DNA of 64,000 nucleotides from Xylographa opegraphella. Lineage: Eukaryota. Made by a program: the position numbers and the translations under genes. The notes under the pieces were generated by a model. That model did no database searches, was not told the origin of the DNA, and was given only the letters and a program-made list of their open reading frames with translations. Positions 1-13,835 of the stretch are shown here, in pieces. The stretch spans positions 62,001 to 126,000 of the forward strand of contig JALDZX010000002.1 of assembly GCA_022813865.1 (NCBI GenBank). Reading direction: 5' to 3'. Positions within the stretch are counted from its first letter, which is position 1, and every line of letters starts with the position of its first letter.

Positions 1-580
1 GCAGCCCGCCCCACCACACACCTCCCCCCCGGGGTCCCATCCCTCCCTTTTGCAGGAAAATGCTACGCCGCTGCCACACAGGCTAGCGTCGCTGCGAGGC
101 ACAGTTCGCTGCTGCAGAGGGAGACCGGTTAATGGGCGCGGTGCCGGCCGGACGGACGGACGGGGGGTCTGGGGGTGGTGCAGGAGACGCGTATGTGTGG
201 GCGAGATGGGGGATGAAGATGGGATATTTTCCGGGGGGGGGGTGTTTTAGGAAAGTCGGACGTTGGGGTGGTTTGGTGAACGGAGGTTTTTGATGGTTTG
301 GGTGATGGGTTGGGGGGACCTCGAAGGGGTTTTACCGGGTTACCTTTACGTTCTACGTATCGCTTCCCGTGGGCGGCTCTGGATGCTTGGTATCGGGCGA
401 TTCATGCTCGATCAAGGTTGCTCGTGGGGATCTTTGTCGGGTGGGCAAAGGGGCCGTGTTTATGTACTCCGTAGCTAGATTATGTACAATATGTATATGG
501 ATATTTGAAAAAATGAAGGACCCTTCCTTGCGCTCTGAAAACAACAAGTGCAATATGTCTTGATGAAGTAAATAGCTTCG

Positions 581-1947
581 TTATACCCAGCACTCCTCCG
601 CCGCGGCATGCACCTTCCATTCTCGAGTATACGTGATCCCGCTGGCCCCCCTCGTCGCTTCTGGTGGCACCACTGGACCGTCTACGCCTACTGCATAGTA
701 GTTGGGCGTTGACGGGAGGGGTTTCTTGCTGCTGACGTACACCTCTTGGAGGGGATATCTATCGTCGTCCAAGCGCTGGAATTGCTTCTTATCGCCAATG
801 GTTGAGGACGGAGAGGCTTTGCTGGATAGGGGGGAGCGCATCGATGGTCTTGACCGGTTTCCAGAGCTGTTCTTGGTCGTGAGTCTCTTGGCCCAGGCAA
901 GAGAGGGAAAGTACTTGTTCAGCACTGGGCGAATCGTGGGGAAGCAGGAGTTGACGATGGCGATGGTCGGTTCGAGGATACTCCACTGAGCTATGATTGC
1001 ACCGCTGATTGTGGGATCGGTGTCTGCGAGATTGGTGTTCTGGATTCTAATAATGCGTAAAAGGGTCACAACGCATGTACTAAAGAGGTTGATGATGTGA
1101 GAAATGGTCTTCCGTAATGATCCTGCATTTTCGAGACTTACAACGCTCCAAGGCTGAACATGATTACTAGTCCAACCTTTTTCCAGATGGGTAGTTGTAG
1201 TCTCCACAGCAGTGGAAGCGGCAGTACCACTATTATAGCATCGATAATCAAGTTGGCTGCTCCGATCATAAGTAGGGCCAACGTCTGGTTCCCGCAAGTC
1301 CCCTCAATCATTTTATTCCAGTTGTAGACGAAGGGCATGCAAAGTAAGAAAGTCTCAAGCAGTATGCTGATGAAGTAGAGGGTGGACACCGCCATCATTG
1401 TGTAGCATATCTTCCGGAATGTCGGACTGGGAAAAATTGTGACATATAGATGGAGTATTGATATCTTCACCAAAGTATTGGCTGCACCCCAAACGGGCGT
1501 CTCGATCACAAAGGTCTATTTCGGTTAGTGTTCATGATATGTAGAGACACAAAGTACTCGGTTACCATGAAGATCCTGCCTTGGTCCTGCGGCGGAACAT
1601 TTTCGAAGGCTTGACCTTCTCCAGCCCATGCAACCGCTAAATGAATGTAAGGTAAGCAGCCGTTCATGTGCATATAATCCATGGACTGACATAAGATAAT
1701 GATGCCAACCAAGCCGGTCGTAAAGAGCTTCGAGGCGACATGTTAGACACATTTTCCCTGTAAGCATATATCAAGAGCATACCAACGCAGCAAGAATCGC
1801 AAAATCGTTGAGTACGAGTGCGGTTCCCTGTATTCGCCGTGACCATATTCGCAAGACGACGGCAATAACGGCCAATGATTCAAAAACCACTGAAATAACA
1901 ATGACACTGATTCCCAACTGCGAATTCCACAGCGCAGGATAATCCAT
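581..1947 (-). CDS. PTH11-like integral membrane protein (fungal rhodopsin-domain GPCR, no CFEM domain), multi-exon
   Basis: ATG at 1947 gives MDYPALWNSQLGISVIVISVVFESLAVIAVVLRIWSRR. Later exons carry family motifs LVKISILHLYVTIF, WNKMIEGTC, NLIIDAIIVVLPLPLLWRLQLP..KK and WSILEPTIAIVNSCFPTIRP. Stop TAA at 581-583. Confidence 0.9.
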
Positions 1948-2783
1948 CTTGTGAGACTATGAAGCGGAAGGAATAGACATCGCGAGTGGGAAAGCTAGAG
2001 AGCCGCCACCCAGTTAAGGTACAGAGTGCTCCCGACCGCGTATGCCATGTGGGTGAGCAGCATACCTATAAAAGTTGGATTATGCGGCATGAAACCGGCG
2101 CTTCCTTCATGGCTGCTACCACACCGCTCGATCGGGCTTCCATGGGGCTGGTAGAAGACTTGCTAAGTGTATAGGGTAGCACTTAGCAGCACACTCTGAC
2201 AACGGACATGAGGCACACATTGAGCGATGATGAAGCCAAGAAAGATGGGTTCCGCATACGCAACCGGCCCCTTGCTTAGCTCGTTGCTATCGCAAGGAAC
2301 CGTGAAGATTTATGTCGACACCGGGCCGGCTGTATTTTAGAAGCCACCGTGCCACAGTGCTGAAGTTCATCAGAATAGCTGTTAAACTAGTTAGTTCGTG
2401 TCCGGCGCGGCGTTGTGGTGGTTTCGGATACGCTTAAGTTTGGGTGATAAGGTAGGTAATAATGCATTCAGATTTGTCCTACAGCGTAAACAAGGCAGTT
2501 ATTCCCGAGTCTTAATGCCAGACAGGAACCCAACTGGTCAATTGGCTTTGTTAACAGCGATGGACGGAAACTCTGCTCTCTGCGCGGACATGTATCTCGA
2601 CTCAGGCGCGAGGTCAGCACAATGGAGTGTGTGTAATCATGCTTGGAGGGGCATCTTGGAGCCTTTTTGTCGGCGGGGTCATCACCAGCTCTCTGATTGG
2701 CTGCACCATCATTGACCTCATGATAATTGTCCGTTCGTATTTCTGAATTCTCCCATCTCCTACCTTGATTCATCTCATTTCTC

Positions 2784-4685
2784 ATGCTCACCTACCCTTT
2801 CTCTTGCAGCACCTACCGCGCACTCTCCAGAGCTTCCTGCCTTTTCAAAACTCCAATCGTGTACGAGGCCGTCTCAAGCCGCGTGAAAGCTTTCAGCACC
2901 ACAAGTCACATCATGGCGCAAGAGTATAAACTCAAGGGCATCTCGTCCCTCGACCTTAAGAATGGTGAAAAGCGTGAGGTGGAGGTAGATGGCATTGAGG
3001 GCGGGAAGGTTCTGCTGGCCAAGATGAACGACAAAACCCATGCGATGAGTGCGAACTGCACCCATTACGGTGCACCGCTAAAGAACGGAGTCTTGACGCC
3101 AGATGGAAGGCTGACCTGCCCATGGCACGGAGGTTAGTCAGCCAATGGAGCCTTCATGTGTACAAGCAGATGAAATTGACAGGAGATTGCTCTAGCTTGC
3201 TTCAACCTAGCCACTGGAGATGTCGAGGATGCGCCAGCGCTGGATCCCCTGGCGAAGTTTGATATATTGGAGAAGAATGGTGGCGTCTATATCAAGGGAG
3301 AGGAGGCAACGATCAAAGCGAGCAGAAGGTCGCTTAACCACAAGTGCTCACCTCAAGGGCCGGAAAAAGTGGTGATCGTGGGAGGGTAAGTCGGTCTATG
3401 CCGAACGTTATCCTTCTTGGAATAGGGCACGACTAAACAACGTATAACATCTAGAGGGAGCGGAACCGTTGGCACTGTACAAGCTCTCCGCGAAAACGGC
3501 TACAAGTCTCCAATCACCATTATCTCTCGAGAACCCTACCTTCCCATTGATCGCACGAAGCTCTCCAAAGCCTTGATGAAAGACGTTTCCAAGCTTCTCC
3601 TTCGCCCTGAGGATTACTACACGTCCGCAGGTATAGAGAAGGTTACGGATGAAGTCACCTCAGTAGATTTTAACAAGAAGGCTGTCTCGACCAAGTCTGG
3701 CAAGTCTTATCCGTACACGAAACTGGTCCTCGCATCAGGCGGAACACCCAAAAAGCTCCCACTGCCTGGATTCAAGGAGTTGAACAAAATCTTTGTTCTA
3801 CGAACCATTCAGGATGTGGAGGCAATACTTGCTGCTGTCGGTGATGGAAAAAAGAAGATCGTCATCATTGGCAGCTCTTTCATTGGTATGGAAGTTGGTA
3901 ACACCCTATCGAAGGAAAACGATGTTACTATTGTTGGAATGGAAAAGCAACCAATGGAACGGGTTATGGGCGAAGAAGTTGGTAAGATATTCCGTGGCCT
4001 GATTGAGAAGAACGGAGTCAAATTCCGGATGGAGGCTGGAGTTGACAAGGCCACACCGTCCGAATCCAAGTCTGAGGATGTTGGTGCCATACACTTGAAG
4101 GATGGAAGTGTACTGGATGCAGATCTTGTAGTCCTGGGTGTTGGTGTAGCACCTGCCACGGAGTACCTCAAGGAATCTGGTCACGTGAAATTGATGGACG
4201 ATGGATCTCTGGAATGCAACGAGCTCTTTGAGGTTCAGGGCCTGAAAGACGTCTATGCCATTGGGGATATCTCCACATACCCATATCATGGACCCGGAGG
4301 GAATGGCAGTCTCACCCGCATTGAGCATTGGGATGTTGCTCAGAATGCCGGACGTAGTGTCGGCCTATCCATTGCGCAACCAGCCTCGAAGCCGAAGTCT
4401 TTCATCCCCGTTTTTTGGTCCGCCCTTGGTTCGCAACTGCGGTACTGTGGTAACACAGTCAATGGATGGGACGACCTAGTTCTGAAAGGACAACCGGATG
4501 AAGGGAAATTCGCAGCATACTACGCCAAGGGCGATGAAGTCGTGGCTGTTGCGAGTATGCAGATGGATCCCATCATGACTAAGTGTGCAGAATTGATGCG
4601 TAGGGGAAAGATGGCATCGAAGAGTGAGCTTCAGAATGGCGTGAATCCATTGGAGCTCAGTCTCCCAGCGGAGGTGAAGATATAA
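2784..4685 (+). CDS. aif1: Apoptosis-inducing factor-like oxidoreductase (Rieske 2Fe-2S domain plus FAD/NAD-binding domains)
   Basis: Rieske motif CTHYGAPL...CPWHG; IIGSSFIGME, YAIGDI and RIEHWDVA motifs. Introns at about 3134-3195 and 3386-3454. Confidence 0.93.
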
Positions 4686-4760
4686 GTTTGTTGATCATTT
4701 CGGCATTGCGGTTGCATTTTCGGCGTAGCTCATTCATCAACATAGCTCAATAATGAATGA

Positions 4761-5057
4761 TCAACCTGAACTGACGGGTGGAATTATTGCAACCTCATCC
4801 CCTTCTTGAATCATCTGATCAGCCAGAGGCGCCTCGTCCTCCGTATCTCTTTCGATATCGACATACTCTAGATTTATTGTGACAGCGCAGCTACTGAGAA
4901 CTCTCTTGTGAAAGCCAGGATATCTATCTTCTAATATCTCGAACAACTTTGATGCTTCTAGTGGTGCAGGGATGTGCTCGGAAGTTTTTCCCGTGAATGT
5001 CGATGCGGAGGCAAAGTAGAGGAGGGTGAAGGAGCCAGCAGGCGGCTTGGAGGACAT
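4761..5057 (-). CDS. cnxG: Molybdopterin synthase sulfur carrier (small) subunit, MOCS2A/MoaD
   Basis: 98-aa ThiS/MoaD-like protein with LLYFASAST and the C-terminus GDEVAIIPPVSSG. Confidence 0.93.
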   Translation of the reverse strand: MSSKPPAGSFTLLYFASASTFTGKTSEHIPAPLEASKLFEILEDRYPGFHKRVLSSCAVTINLEYVDIERDTEDEAPLADQMIQEGDEVAIIPPVSSG

Positions 5058-5623
5058 TTTGTACTATTTCTATACAGAAATTCAGCCTTGCGCGCTCAGT
5101 CTGTCACAAGAGACACGCGTTCTATGATATTGGGATTGATCAGGATCGAGAAAGTTTCCACACAAAGACCACCATTAAAGGTAGACTAATTGGATAATAC
5201 ATGCTATTGTATGGGAATCATCAAGCTCAACTACTCAACGCAAACGATTCGGAACGACTTACATTAACTGTTTTGCTGAATCTGAGGGAAGCAGACAAAG
5301 TTTCGGAGTTAGAAGGAGCTGTCAGGAACAGACTCTAAAAGCACGGACCACAAAAACTTTTTGCCTCAATCTCAGATTATTTCTGAGCACATCATTGCAG
5401 TGTAGCTGCTCTAAGGATGAGGGGGTCCAAATTGAACATCGGCCGCTAGTGGGGCAGTATTTCCGCTCCGATCAGTACAATATTCCGTCTTTAGGTTTAG
5501 CTTCCTCCGGGCCTTGGCTTTCCACAACGCTGCATATTGAGCGAGAGGTCCCCTCACGCTGGATCACCTGGTTGCACTACGATGTTGGCGCACTGGGGCT
5601 GCAATAGAACCTCGCGCCGATCG

Positions 5624-8600
5624 ATGAGCCATGCGGAACGTGTATGCCGGAAATGCAGAATCCTGCTCCAGCAACGGGCGCCGTGCCACACCTCGCCTCT
5701 ACGTACGGAGAGTCCTTCCCCAAAACGCCACAATCTATGGCATCCCGTCCGTGGATCTAAAACTGAGAAGGATGCTCATTCTATTCGAAAAGGAACCTCC
5801 AACAGGCAGTTTTCAGTTACCACAGCGGGAGTGAGAGTACATACACAGAATACTGGAGTTATTGAAGATGATCATGCCCCATTAAACGGAACGGAGCTTG
5901 GGCATGATCCAGATTTCCTACTGAATAAGGTACGGGCCAGGAAGCTTAAGGCTAGCAGGGTTACGGAATTATTACCTACTGTACTTTTGACCTATGGCTT
6001 GAAAACGTTCCATGCCGGATCGGAAGAGACAAGGGTGACTACAAAAGCCAAAGGAAATCAGGAGCTTCTTAGGAGAAGGATGATTTCAAGTCGTGAAGAA
6101 ATCAAGCTCCTTCTGCTACGCTCATACAGTACCACCAGATGTACCATTAAAGCTAGGAAATCTACCAGAGCGGGAAACATCCGTTCCGATAAGTCTCGAG
6201 TCAACAAAGATGACACTGTCAGAAATCCAGGATCAAAGAGGTATGATTTACAGACTCAGAATAATGAACTGGCTGGGCCTATAGCAGCTGTGGCATCCGC
6301 AATTCAGTGCCAAACGCCAATGGGACTCTTCGCTGCTGTTCCCGAAAGGATTTGTTCTACAAATTTTAATGAGCCAAATTTCGGACGACGACGTCTGCTG
6401 CTTTTATCAGATACAAAGCAAAATAATCTCCTTCCATACAACAACCACAACTCTCTGCTAAAAACCTCTTGTCACTTCAATGCGAGATATCCATATATTA
6501 AATTTGGCTTTCAGAGACTTCAGCACGCTTCAACCTCCGTAAGTCGGCACCTCAAGATGAATTTGTCGTTGCCTACCTAGCTTATTAGCATAGACTCGTA
6601 ATGTCTTACGTTCAGGTGGACAAACGCCGGGTATTTTGAGAGGGTGGCCCGCACACTGGAGGCCACCCAACTCTAACGTACTTTCAATAAGGGACGAGCT
6701 ACAGGCTTGGCAGGAGAAACATGGAAAAGAGCCACCCACTAAACCCTTCTCTATGGAGGATACTCGAAGCGAACCGGACAGTCTCCAAAATCTTATCACA
6801 CGATCTCATGGTGCTAATGTTGTCGACGAGCCTATTGCACCAGAAGCAGACGCTAGGGATTTACGAGATCGGAACGGAATATATATAGACAATGACCAGC
6901 TCATAGAGAAGATTGATGACGACGCATTTCTAGAACCAGGAGACATGGTGGAATTAAGGTATTTCATACTTGATACCCTGTTAGAACTTCTTGTTTCTTA
7001 CTGAGGCTTTTTCAGTGCCGATGGTAGTGTTAAATTGGCCGTGTATATTCGCACTTTGGGACGACAAGCTCAATTCTATACTGCTGAGGGCGAGTGGTGC
7101 CATAGATACCTTGGCAACCTCTGGTGGGCGCATCGCCATTTTGTAGATGCTTCGGAAGTGGCACCTATCTTACCCTATCTACCCAGCACTGAAATACCCA
7201 TGGAAGAGCTAAATGAGCTGCATTTTATAGGCATAGAAGTTCCAAGGGAAGCAGGAGCAAAACTCATAGACAAAATGAACAAATTCCTGCGGGCAGCGAA
7301 CGAAATCTACCGCGCTCATGCTGATAGACTCGACCACGTTTATGACCTTGTTGCCGATGAAAAACACCTAAAATATGCAACTTTAACTCAAATCGCATGC
7401 AAAGTTTTACAAATTTCAGATGTTTCCAAAATCTCTCAGCCCGCACTCTTTACCACACACCGTTCTTGTATGCAGGCCGACGCCGGATTCGGAGTGGAAT
7501 CAAGTAATCATTGGGCCAGCGGAGAATATGAGATAGTGTCGAAAAGAGAAATGTCTGTGCTCCACCAGGTTCGGAACTGGCTACGAGAATACCAGGAAGA
7601 ACTTACGAAACGAGTCGACCAGAATGTTAGGAAGGATTTCGACTCTTCTCCGAATACTGGAGTCGTTAGTGGTGCACAAATAATACCGGAATTTGTGGAA
7701 AAGGCCCGTCAGATTGTGACGAATAGCCGTAAATTTCGTCCTTTCACAGATTCGGGGGGCATTGGTCCCAGCCGTATTCAAGTGGAGCCACAATCGTCGA
7801 TTTTCCGCAAGAGTGATGGCGTGGCCATTAGGCATGTCGTTCTGGGTTCATTCACCGATAAAGAAAGTATTCTTCTCAGATTCCTTGAGATCTGGACCGC
7901 AAGACGGTGCTTACGGGCAAGGTCACAGCTGAGTGCCATGGGTCCATTGCTGCTTCGAGCCATCGGAATGTATGAGGGCTCCGACCTCGATCAGCGCACA
8001 GGGTTTACATTTTTGCAGGAGATGGGCGTTTTCGCACCATGGGAGAATCGAGTCGCCTTCAACACTCGATTGGCTCTACCTGGGTACCATTTTGACGTGG
8101 TTTCAGACGAGTTACACGCCAATGCGATCGAGAGTGTGAAAAACTGGATCCCTTACGACTCTATGAAGCATTTACGCAAAGACTGGGGCGATCTCGAGGT
8201 CTTCTGTATCGATAATGTAGCTGCACAGGAAATCGACGATGGTATCTCACTCGAGAAAATAGAAGGAGACGACTCGAACTTCTGGATTCGTGTTCATGTC
8301 GCAAACCCGACTGCCTTCTTCTCACCCGAGCATCCTATGGCAAAATACGCAGTGCAACTGGTCGAGACTTTGTACTTACCAGAGAAACTATATCTTATGC
8401 TGAATTCATACATTACACAGAAGTACTTCAGTCTCGGTAAACATCGTCCAGCATTAACATTCAGTGCGAAAATAAACACGAACGGGGAAATTCTTGAGAC
8501 AAATATTGTCCCGAGCATGATACATAATGTCAAGCACTTTTCTGCCGAAACTATTGCGCAAGAGCTTGCTCCGAAAGACTTTGAGTTGTCACCCATCAAT

Positions 8601-9764
8601 CGGCTTGTGGTAGGCCATAATCCGATTCCAACAAACACTATCAACCAGAGTTCAAACAAACACATGAGCACTACATTAGACGACCCTCAAAGGCAGACAC
8701 TGAGGATTCTGAAAGAGCTTGGTGCTGCGCGACAGCGACAGCGTCAACTCAATGGTGCTGTGAATATATCGTTTCGGGTTCTGGACGCTTCCGTCCACTG
8801 TATGGAGCTGACCCAGCCATACCGCAGAACGATTCGCAGAATTGAAGGAGATCCGACAATTGTGGTGACGGCTGGAGAGTTCGATCCTGCCCCGAACGAC
8901 AAAACCCTGGATCCATCTGCAGGAGACAGTCTGGTGACCAACATTATGCTCCTGACGTGTGAAATAGCGGCACTCTGGACGAGCAGCCGAGGGATCCCCG
9001 TAATCTACCGAGGAACCAGGGAGAACCCAGATCTTCCTTCACCATATGAATACAAAAGGCTCGTCTTGGACCCCATGGTGGGCCCGAATGGTGTCCCTCC
9101 ATTCTTGAAGACGATGGAGTACATGTCCTTGGTCGGGCGCGCATACTCGTCCGTCACCCCGGTCCGTCATCAGATAATAGGCACAGACGCATACACCAAA
9201 GTGACGTCTCCTTTACGGCGCTATGGAGACATGGTAGCCCACTGGCAAATCGAAGCCGCCCTCCGCCACGAAGCAGAGACCGGGAAGTCCCTGGTCGGCA
9301 CAACTGACCACTCCTGGCTCCCCTTTTCGCACGACCAACTCTCCGGTATGCTCCTCCACATCTCGAAGCGCGAAAGCCACATCTCGCACGCCAAGCGGAA
9401 CGCGCAGCTCCACTGGGTGATGCAGGCGGTCTTCCGCGCCTTCTACTTCAAGGAGGCCAAGTTGCCGGAGACGTTCGAGGTCTACATCTGGGCGGTCGAC
9501 ACGGTCAACTTCGAGCAGATGCAGGGCATCACCAAGGAGTTGCGTCTGGACGTGCTCGTCAAGGAGAACAAGACCACCAAGGCGCACAAGGGACTGGAAC
9601 GAGGGGACTGGTGGCAGGCGAAGGTCGAGCAGGTCGACCTCTACAAGCGGCAGATCATCATGACTCCGCTGCGGTTGATCTCGAGGGCGGAGCCGGAGGT
9701 GCTGGCGGACTCGATCGCTCCCTTGTTCTCGGGCCGGAAGGGATTCATGCAGTCACCGCGGTAA
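5624..9764 (+). CDS. cyt-4: Mitochondrial RNase II/RNB exoribonuclease (Dss1/Cyt-4)
   Basis: RNB motifs FCIDNVAAQEIDDGIS, VHVANP, ETLYLPE and YTKVTSPLRRYGDMVAHWQI. Frame-compatible introns 6539-6593 and 6959-7015. The N-terminus is Arg-rich; the exact start codon is uncertain. Confidence 0.88.
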
Positions 9765-10788
9765 GAGATGTGTATCACCAGAACGTATATAGCCCACTCT
9801 GTAATATAGTAATATAATTCTCCAACTTCTTGTCGACTCAGGCCGAATGCAACTCCAGCCGTCCGTCCCTTGCTTTCTGACTGTTGAACAACAATAGCTG
9901 AAGCACACCCCCCCCGCAGCTCAGAGCTTTCTCCCCCCTAGCTATTCGAACTCGCCAGCTCAGCATCACCAGATATCGCACGCCCCCATTCCTACACCGT
10001 CTCTCGTCCCTGATCCTCAGCAACTACCTGCTCCCCACAGATCTACATCAAACCGCCAATCTCCCCTCCTCGCCCACCAGCGCCCCACCTTCTAGAAGCC
10101 CTCGCCCAGCCAGCCAAGCGTCAACCGACATAACGGCTCTAACCCGAAACAGGGTATTTGGAATTCCCACTCATCCTCCATTTCACCCGGCGCTCCAGAC
10201 CGCTCTCATGGCACGCACAGCAGCGAGCGGAGCCGGACCGAGTGTGCCTTCCTTCCCCAGCGCGCACTTACGCTCTGACCGTGGGATTTATCTGATCCGA
10301 TCCGACCTGATCCGACGACGATAACCCCCGTGCCTTTGGTTGTTACTGCCGGCCCGGGGCCATCCCCGCCTCCTTTTCCTGCGTAGTGTTTTCCCGCATA
10401 GCATGGGAGCGTTATTTGGAAGACCTGCAGCGCTGCTTGCCCCCTTTGGGCGTGGAGCGCAGTGTCCGCTGGGCCTAGCGGGCGGGTGGGCAGGACGCGG
10501 TGCGTCCACTGCCGTGATTTGGCAGAGGAGGCAGAGAAGTGACTGGAGGAGGAGGAGGGGCTAAGGGTTACGGGACCGAGATGGACGACGATGGTGTTAG
10601 TGGGGGTGGTCTCATGGAAGGAAGCGGAGGAGGGGCAGGTTTTGGATTGTGGGAGTCGGCGTCATTAACTCGCACTGGTCGTGTTGCTGTATATCCTCTT
10701 CTGTGCTTGCTGTTTTTGCCCGCTCAAGTCCAATATATTTGCGAAATATAGTAATTCTCGCAACTTTCTTCCATCGCACTACCAGACC

Positions 10789-11449
10789 ATGTCGGCAATC
10801 AAGGGAACATGCCACTGCGGCCAGACGGAGTGGGCGGTCAAGCTCGAGGACAAGTCTCACGTTATCTGGTGGGTCGAGGTTTCTGTCACGGGAATGGGAG
10901 AAACAGTGGATTGGCGACCTTGCTGATAAAGTTGGTGATGCCTAGCCACTGCGATACCTGCAAGAGCCTCAGTGGAGGAGCCTACACCCTCAATACCATC
11001 ATTCCCGACAGCGACTTCAAGCTCACCAAGGGCGACCTCAAGCACTACACCTACAAGGGTGACTCAGGTAACTCCTCCGCTCCCTGTATATCAGAGGCAG
11101 ATTGTTTGCTGCTTCGTGCGTCATGCTCGGGTCGCTTCGTGCAATTCGATTGTAGAACTTGGTCTCCCCCTATCAATCCGCGCTCGCTCTCCTCTAGCAT
11201 GGTCCATGTCCTGTCTGCGAAAGCTGACCATATTTTCAAACAGGCAAGGATGTCAACTGCTACTACTGCCCCAACTGCACCTCCCATGTCTACCACCATC
11301 AGACGGTCATGGGCCCCAAGTTCGTGGTCCGAACCATCCTCCTCGACGGTGCGAAGGAGTGGAAGCCTGCTGCCGAAATCTGGGGTAAAGCTAAGATGGC
11401 ATGGGAGCCAGAGATTGCGAAAACCTTTGACATTATGCCCCCCGAGTGA
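10789..11449 (+). CDS. GFA/Mss4-like (CENP-V/GFA family) zinc-binding protein
   Basis: Spliced product MSAIKGTCHCG...CHCDTC...YYCPNCTS...IMPPE*. Introns 10869-10945 and 11068-11243 keep the frame. Confidence 0.92.
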
Positions 11450-12635
11450 AGTGCAGTTGAGATGTGCGAAGAAACGTATGATGGGAAATCGTGTGTGACA
11501 CACTTAGCTCTAGCCAAGAATAACAATCGAATGTGCACCTGAAGGTTTCCTGACCATGGCTTTTTCATGGCTGTATTGCTTTCCCGTGACTAGGATTTAC
11601 TCGCGGCCGTCCTCGATCGAGTAGCAATACGCTGCGATTGGAGTACTGGTGGCTCCGGACTTCGATAATTTGATAGACCAAGGGACGATTATTTTCGTTG
11701 CCCTGGGCCGTGTATGAGATATACCTGTACTGGATCTTCTTCGGATGTAGGAGGTCCAATAGACTATAACTCGATATTCCGCTACAACAAATAGCTATAT
11801 CTATGTTGAAGTCACAGAGAGCCTCCATGTTGATCTGCAACCAGAAGTAAACCCAGGTTGTAGCCCTGGAGTCTTGGAAGGTGCATGCAGAAACAAAATA
11901 ATATTGTATGAGACCGAGCTAGTGGTGGTGAAAATATGGAATAAATCTGCAGTTCTAAGAGGTTCCAGTTCGCCCTGTGCGATCCAGTTTATTTTGTCCG
12001 AACACAAAGACCAGGAAACATGAAGTCCATGTGTGATTACTGTAGCTATAGTGGTTAAACCTGCGCAAAGCTAGTACACATCAACGCCCCTGATGCACAT
12101 GGAAACCCTGGAACCTCCAGTCTAGCAGAATCGGGAAACAACAGAAAAGCCGAAGTAGTCTGTCAACCAATTATCAAAGATTTGAGACTCGGTCTTGACC
12201 TTCAAACGAGGTGAGATCAGAAATATTATGAACGAGCAGCAGAGCGATAGCAAATGTTCTGTTTTCAGACCTGCTACAGCTGCGTGGATAGAGTAAGAAA
12301 TGAACAGCCAACACAACCAGTACTCTGGTCTCTTGACATAACTTGCTGAGACCGCAGGTCATATTCGAAAAGGGAATGTACTAGAATCAGTCTGCAGAGC
12401 GTCGTAGATCGCGCAGGGTTCTGTCGTTCTCTTGCGTACGATTACCAATGCACTTGACGCAAGGTAGTATTCGGGAAATGTCCAGAAGCAATGATCCATT
12501 TCGAGGTCAGCAATCTGGGAAGTGCCTCTAACGGGGCAGACAGAACACTATCCTACCAACGTAGAACTTAGTCGAGAGTCACGGCAGCCGAGGGGCGACT
12601 ATTCACAATCGACATCTTTTGAATGACTTAATACA

Positions 12636-13223
12636 TCACGCTTCACTCGTGAGAGGTAATGAGCACGTCAATCCAGTAGATACGGTTGGTATCGACTGAA
12701 AAATTGCGAGAGGGGATTGCAACATACCCATAGTCGAGTGAAAATGAGGTGCGAATAAATTGCAGCGTAATCGGCGAATATCATTCAAGATCAAGGTCAT
12801 GTTATAACGATGAAACCTGTTATAGTGGGAATGGGATAATTGGGCCTTGAGTTTCTGCTCCTCTTCTTCATCTTGACCGAAAACCTTGATGTACGAACCA
12901 ATAGCTTCTCTGAGCTTTGTAGTCTTGACTAGTGCACCAGTGGTCGTGGTGAACACTCCAATGTGAAGTTTCTGCTGAAATACCGCTCCAGAAAAGCCGA
13001 AATGAACCGGCGTTACAACGTTGCCTGACAAGAAACGCAGTCCCGTGTAACAGCTATACCATTCTTTGAGAACGTCCGACTGGTCAGGCGTCCATCCACA
13101 AATTGAGCGAATTGTCGGTAACGCTGGTAATACTATAAGCATATTTATCATGGCAAAACCAAGACATCGAAGAACATAAATGCTCCACTCATTCCGCTCC
13201 ATTTCTAGGACGCGATGTTCCAT
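12636..13223 (-). CDS. Hypothetical ORF or degenerate gene remnant
   Basis: 195-aa ORF with no recognisable motif; downstream frames are broken by stops. Confidence 0.25.
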   Translation of the reverse strand: MEHRVLEMERNEWSIYVLRCLGFAMINMLIVLPALPTIRSICGWTPDQSDVLKEWYSCYTGLRFLSGNVVTPVHFGFSGAVFQQKLHIGVFTTTTGALVKTTKLREAIGSYIKVFGQDEEEEQKLKAQLSHSHYNRFHRYNMTLILNDIRRLRCNLFAPHFHSTMGMLQSPLAIFQSIPTVSTGLTCSLPLTSEA

Positions 13224-13835
13224 GCTGGTACTGTACTGTCAAATCAGACCTCGGACTGCTTTGCTTATTACTTTTACTATACGGGGATAACTTGGCACCA
13301 TGAACGCTTTTTGGCAATCTCGTTTTGACATCTAAACAAAGACATTATACATTGCGATTGTCGTCAACATCATGAAGCGAGCGTTAAGAATCGAGCATGC
13401 TTCGAAGACTCAAGCCAGCACAGGAGCTTTAGACTCGATTAAAGGCAAGCAATTGACTCTGCCGAGATAAGACCTATCCTAAAGCATGAAACGGCAGGAA
13501 CGCAGCATTATAACTCAAGACACGGCTTGGCTGATAATCCTTCTAGACAATTGACTACTCGCAGAGCATATAATCTCGCCGCCCTGGATTATAGGTGCAG
13601 CATTCAAGAAGCCAACATGAATACTCGCTAAACCCGTACTAAAGCTGCTTCTCTGCATAAAATAATGTAGTCTACCAAGCTATCATCCATTCTGCATAAC
13701 TTACCGCATCGAAATTTCGTCCTAGCCCTCAACTCCATCCAAAGCTCTCACAACCACCCCCCCAACACCAGAACACACACCCTACCCACATACACCACCA
13801 CCTCCGACCCAATCCCCCATACTCCACCCGCCAGT

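Noticed and set aside
4761..4775. MOCS2A ends in SSG rather than the canonical GG
   Set aside because: As I recall, PPVSSG is the usual ending of filamentous-fungal CnxG, so it is not unusual.
11068..11243. Longer-than-average intron in the GFA gene
   Set aside because: No C/D or H/ACA boxes and no convincing nested-intron signals seen.
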